Shown one piece after another: positions 60,195 through 64,000 of a stretch of 64,000 bases of DNA (position 1 is the first letter of the stretch; each line of letters starts with the position of its first letter). Below the pieces are notes generated by a model. The model did no database searches. It was given only the letters and a program-made list of their open reading frames with translations, and was not told where the DNA came from. Source of the DNA: Stylophora pistillata (taxonomy: Eukaryota); NCBI RefSeq assembly GCF_002571385.2, contig NW_019217826.1:1-64000 (forward strand). Reading direction: 5' to 3'. Both the position numbers and the translations under genes were made by a program.

Positions 60195-62831
60195 TTATAC
60201 GATAGCTTCTTTAAACTCGCTCCTGAGATATTTCCTGTGCGATTCACTCAAAGAATCAGCGACACTGGACGGAATTTCAACATAATCCCAATTGAAATAG
60301 GGGAACCTCTTAATGATGCATTTCTTTGCGGTATGATAAAAGCGATTTGTTTCCTTCTTTGATGCTTTCGCTTTCGATCAATCTCCATCAACAGGATGCA
60401 ACCAGCGTTCTTTGTGAGCAAACACCAAATTGAATGGGATGACTCGCTTGCGTTGACAGAACTCGATTTCGCATGATTTACACGACCTGGCTTCTTGTGG
60501 CAGGAACATCAAAACAAATTGATTTTCATTATAGTGGATTTCAGTGAATGTCTGCCTTGCTTGACTACTTGGTTCTACTCCACTCCCACAAGATCTTTCC
60601 GGCCTATACGAGTTTTTATTTCTAGCCCCTTTCTTTCCTGCTGTATTCTTGTTGACATCATACTCTGCGAGGGCCGTGCGGCTTCCTTTCTCTGATTTCT
60701 TCTTGAGGAAATTAAAGTGTGTGGAGAGAATGGATTGACGTGCAGCCACAGCAATGGCCGGATTGTTTACATATGTTGTCATGTCGATACCTGCAGCAAA
60801 CACATCCAACGTGACCACTGTAAACGGTCACGAGAATACTTCTATTCCCAGCACTTGGACTAGCCACTTCCAACTTTAGGTTTTCTTTCGGGGTCAGTGA
60901 GGCTTTGGGCTGAATGGCTGTTGGGTGGTTGACTAAGTTTAGTACCTCTCGCTTTAGTGCTATGGATGTTGTCTGCAGAGTAACCGAAGTGGTCTGAAAG
61001 GATGCCAGTAACGTCTACTTCAACGTCCCTAAATTCGCAGCGATCCTCACTCATGCTGTCACTTGGCCAGGGGACATCTTTCTGTTGAAATATGTCTTCC
61101 ATGGACAGCTTTTGGATATTTCCAATGTACTTATTTCTTGTTTGGGGTGACCAATCAAACCACAAATCTGCTGGAACCTGTAAATATTTGCTGTGGTCTG
61201 CCAGGACGTACTCGTCGCTTACTCTAGCCACCGCGGACTGAAACTCGTCAACTTGATGATCGTGTATTGCTTCAAAACGTGTCGGGTAATTAAATTGGAG
61301 TTTAGTTAAATGAGTAGTACCCGTTTCCTCTGTAAAGATGTTCTTTGCTGCCTTCATAAGGTTGTTCATCGACTCCGAACGGTTGGTGTAACACCTTTGC
61401 GGTTTGCCGTTTTCCCCATCTATCAGACCAGCCTTCCTCCTTACATCGTCTACCACATGTTTTCTCATCATCTTTCTATTGTCATTCAAGTAAGACCAAT
61501 ACTGGGAGGTGTACTGCTTGTCTTTACCAAGGGTCAGTCGTTCTTTTTCATCCACTTCATCCTGTGCGGATTTCAAACGTTTACGCAGGTCCTTGCCGTC
61601 TACTGCATCAATGTTACCCTTCCGCTTTCCCACGAACTCCAAACGTCTTCGCCAAAAAGTACCTCTGATCCTTTTCACTTTTTGAAGTGTCTGAAGCATC
61701 GCAGACTCTGCGAATGCTTCAACTGTTCTTGAAATGCACTTTAGAGGGCTGTTTCTCCATCGGTAATAAAGCCTTTTGCATTAATTAAACCACTGCATTT
61801 TTGACGCACGTGGTGGCTAACATCTGGTAGGTTGCCTCAGACTTACTGTGATGGATCATTGTTGGACCTAGGAAGATCCGATTTCCTCCTGTTCGCTTAG
61901 ATTCGAGGAGAAGGTGTTTGAAAACCACAGGAGTTACTTCAAACTTGCCCAGACTGAATGTTTGGTCGACACTTAAAGGGTGGCTCAAAATATCAGAACC
62001 TGTGGATCTGTCTAATTCAGAGCACATGGAAGATCTCCCCAAAACCCACAGATCTTCAGGGAAATCTGAATGGCGTAGTACGAGACCTTCTTTGTCGCTG
62101 GCATATTTTAAGAGATCATCGACATCATCATTACCTAGCTGACAAGCTTTCGACTTGGCATCGTAAACTTGATGTCTGCCGTGCGGTAAGTCGCATAGGG
62201 ACACTGACCCACAAATTCCACCTGACTTTTGACGGAGGTCGTCATATACTCGTCTTGAGGGTTTGCTTGTAACGCCTTCTTGTAATTGGCGTAATGAACT
62301 TTTTTTCGTAGGATGAAAAGGCCTTGGGTTTGTTTTTCTACAGTTCCCACGTGTTTGGACATCAATCTTTACTTGCTCTTGGCCATTAGTAAGGTGATAC
62401 TGCAAAAGACAGACATCACTCACGATTCCACCCTCGTCGTTTTTCAAGAGAAAAAGTGAGCGCACAAGTGCTGGTTGGGCCTTATTTGCCTTTGAGTTAA
62501 TTACTAAATGAAACATTGTAGGCGAAGTCAAAGAAATTTTCTTGCGCGAAACCACAGACCATAGGCCATCCTCAAGTTTCAAAGTCCAAATGCCATAGCG
62601 TAGGACTCTATTGTAGACTCCGTTCATGTCAGCCTTAATATCTTCCCATTCGCTGAACAATTTTAGATCTATCAGGAATGACGCATTCTTTCGAACTTTT
62701 AGGGGTTGCTTAGAGCACTTAGGGGCCTTGCTTCCTATTAATATTCTTGCCGCATCAGAAACGGTGTATCTTATGGCTCGACTCTTCTCAAACATAGGGA
62801 TTCTATGATCATTGTTCCAACATTCAACCGC
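60195..62831 (-). pseudogene. Mutator/MULE-type transposase with SWIM-like and C-terminal Zn fingers, inactivated
   Basis: Across broken frames: LSVDQTFSLG (first D), GFITDGETAL*SAF...LRCFRH (second D and CxxH), YTNRSESMN (catalytic E), CVCC..Y...ICK (SWIM-like), and CKSC...FYH..KC. Several stops and frameshifts. Splice acceptor at 62832-62834. Confidence 0.82.
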
Positions 62832-64000
62832 CTAAAAAGGAAGGAATGGGGAAAAGGTTAATTTCATCAGTTGTTTGAAAATTAAGTTTCGCGTTTTATA
62901 TCAGATCATAGAGCTAATTAAAAATCTCTTTACACATCTTTCAGTAGACTTGCTACAACTCAAACTCAAGANNNNNNNNNNNNNNNNNNNNNNNNNNNNN
63001 NNNNNNNNNNNNNNNNNNNNNNNNNNNNNNNNNNNNNNNNNNNNNNNNNNNNNNNNNNNNNNNNNNNNNNNNNNNNNNNNNNNNNNNNNNNNNNNNNNNN
63101 NNNNNNNNNNNNNNNNNNNNNNNNNNNNNNNNNNNNNNNNNNNNNNNNNNNNNNNNNNNNNNNNNNNNNNNNNNNNNNNNNNNNNNNNNNNNNNNNNNNN
63201 NNNNNNCAGACATTTTCCTCTGTGCATCCTCCTTTTCGTAACCTTCCACTATGCATCAATTCCTCTGGTGTTGTGCTGAGGTCCGTGTTCCCTATCTAAA
63301 ATCATATTTAAGGGTATTAAAAAGGCAAATTGATCATGTTTATTCCATGGTAATTTTTCATTTCACATGTAAAATTATAAATTAGCACTGAAATGTAGAA
63401 CCATTATGCGAATGAATTTGTCACCTTCGATAAATTCCCGTAATGGGTAGGAGTATTTTTCTTTCTCTTTCTTTCGTTGCGACTCTTCAAAAGCTTATTT
63501 AATCTCTTCAAGATAGGTTCTTCCACTGGAAGAACGTCTGGTTTCGATGTATCACTGCCAGAGAAACTTTTTCTGTCTTCGGGAAAGATGCATTCACTTT
63601 CATTTCTTTCATCTAATGCCTCTCCATTTGGAGGATCTACCGCCTTCGCTGGAGTGCATTTGTAACCAAGTGGAGGATCATGAAAAAAATGCTCACCTGA
63701 AGCACAAAAAAGCAATTACCGCGTCAGAATAAACTTGTTTTAAAATATCCAAGAAAGATTAGAATTAGCGCAGAAAGTCTAAAAAAAATGAGTGAAGCAA
63801 AACCGCAGAAAAAAATAGAAAAGTAAGCGAATATGATAAGAGAATCCAAATGCGAGGGAGACATGGGCGGCTGCTGCTCCTCAGTCTTTTCTACTTATAG
63901 TTATTCCCCTGATAACAATACAAGAAGGGTCCGGAGTCATTGATTTCATTTGGTGTGGTGTTTTTTGCATCAGTTTAATGTGGTGACATTCTTTCAACAA

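Overview
AT-rich, intron-containing animal DNA with several N gaps. The repeat and gene content suggests a cnidarian, probably a stony coral (inference). Hand-spliced gene models: two diverged paralogues of an unrecognised secreted precursor (6.4-7.2 kb and 17.3-18.8 kb, minus), an intronless class A GPCR, a complete 9-exon NDUFS7, a VWA+PAN/apple gene head-to-head with it, a 2-exon ~599-aa orphan, and a tandem pair of 2-exon CLN3/battenin (Btn1-like) genes. The rest is repeats: a ~4.3 kb 21-22-bp satellite, three Penelope insertions carrying a minimal hammerhead ribozyme, tRNA-derived SINEs, a tandemly amplified pseudo-tRNA-Thr unit, MITEs, and dead DIRS, CR1/L2, MULE and other DDE relics. 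The best lead is the precursor pair. They share a Cys-containing pro-domain and identical exon phases, then a Lys-Arg site followed by unrelated 21-22-aa tails. One tail is a strictly alternating cationic/hydrophobic beta-strand peptide (RFRFRVRIRIRIKVKVAVTVKK), which suggests an undescribed effector/antimicrobial peptide family. No searches were run; all gene models need RNA-seq confirmation.
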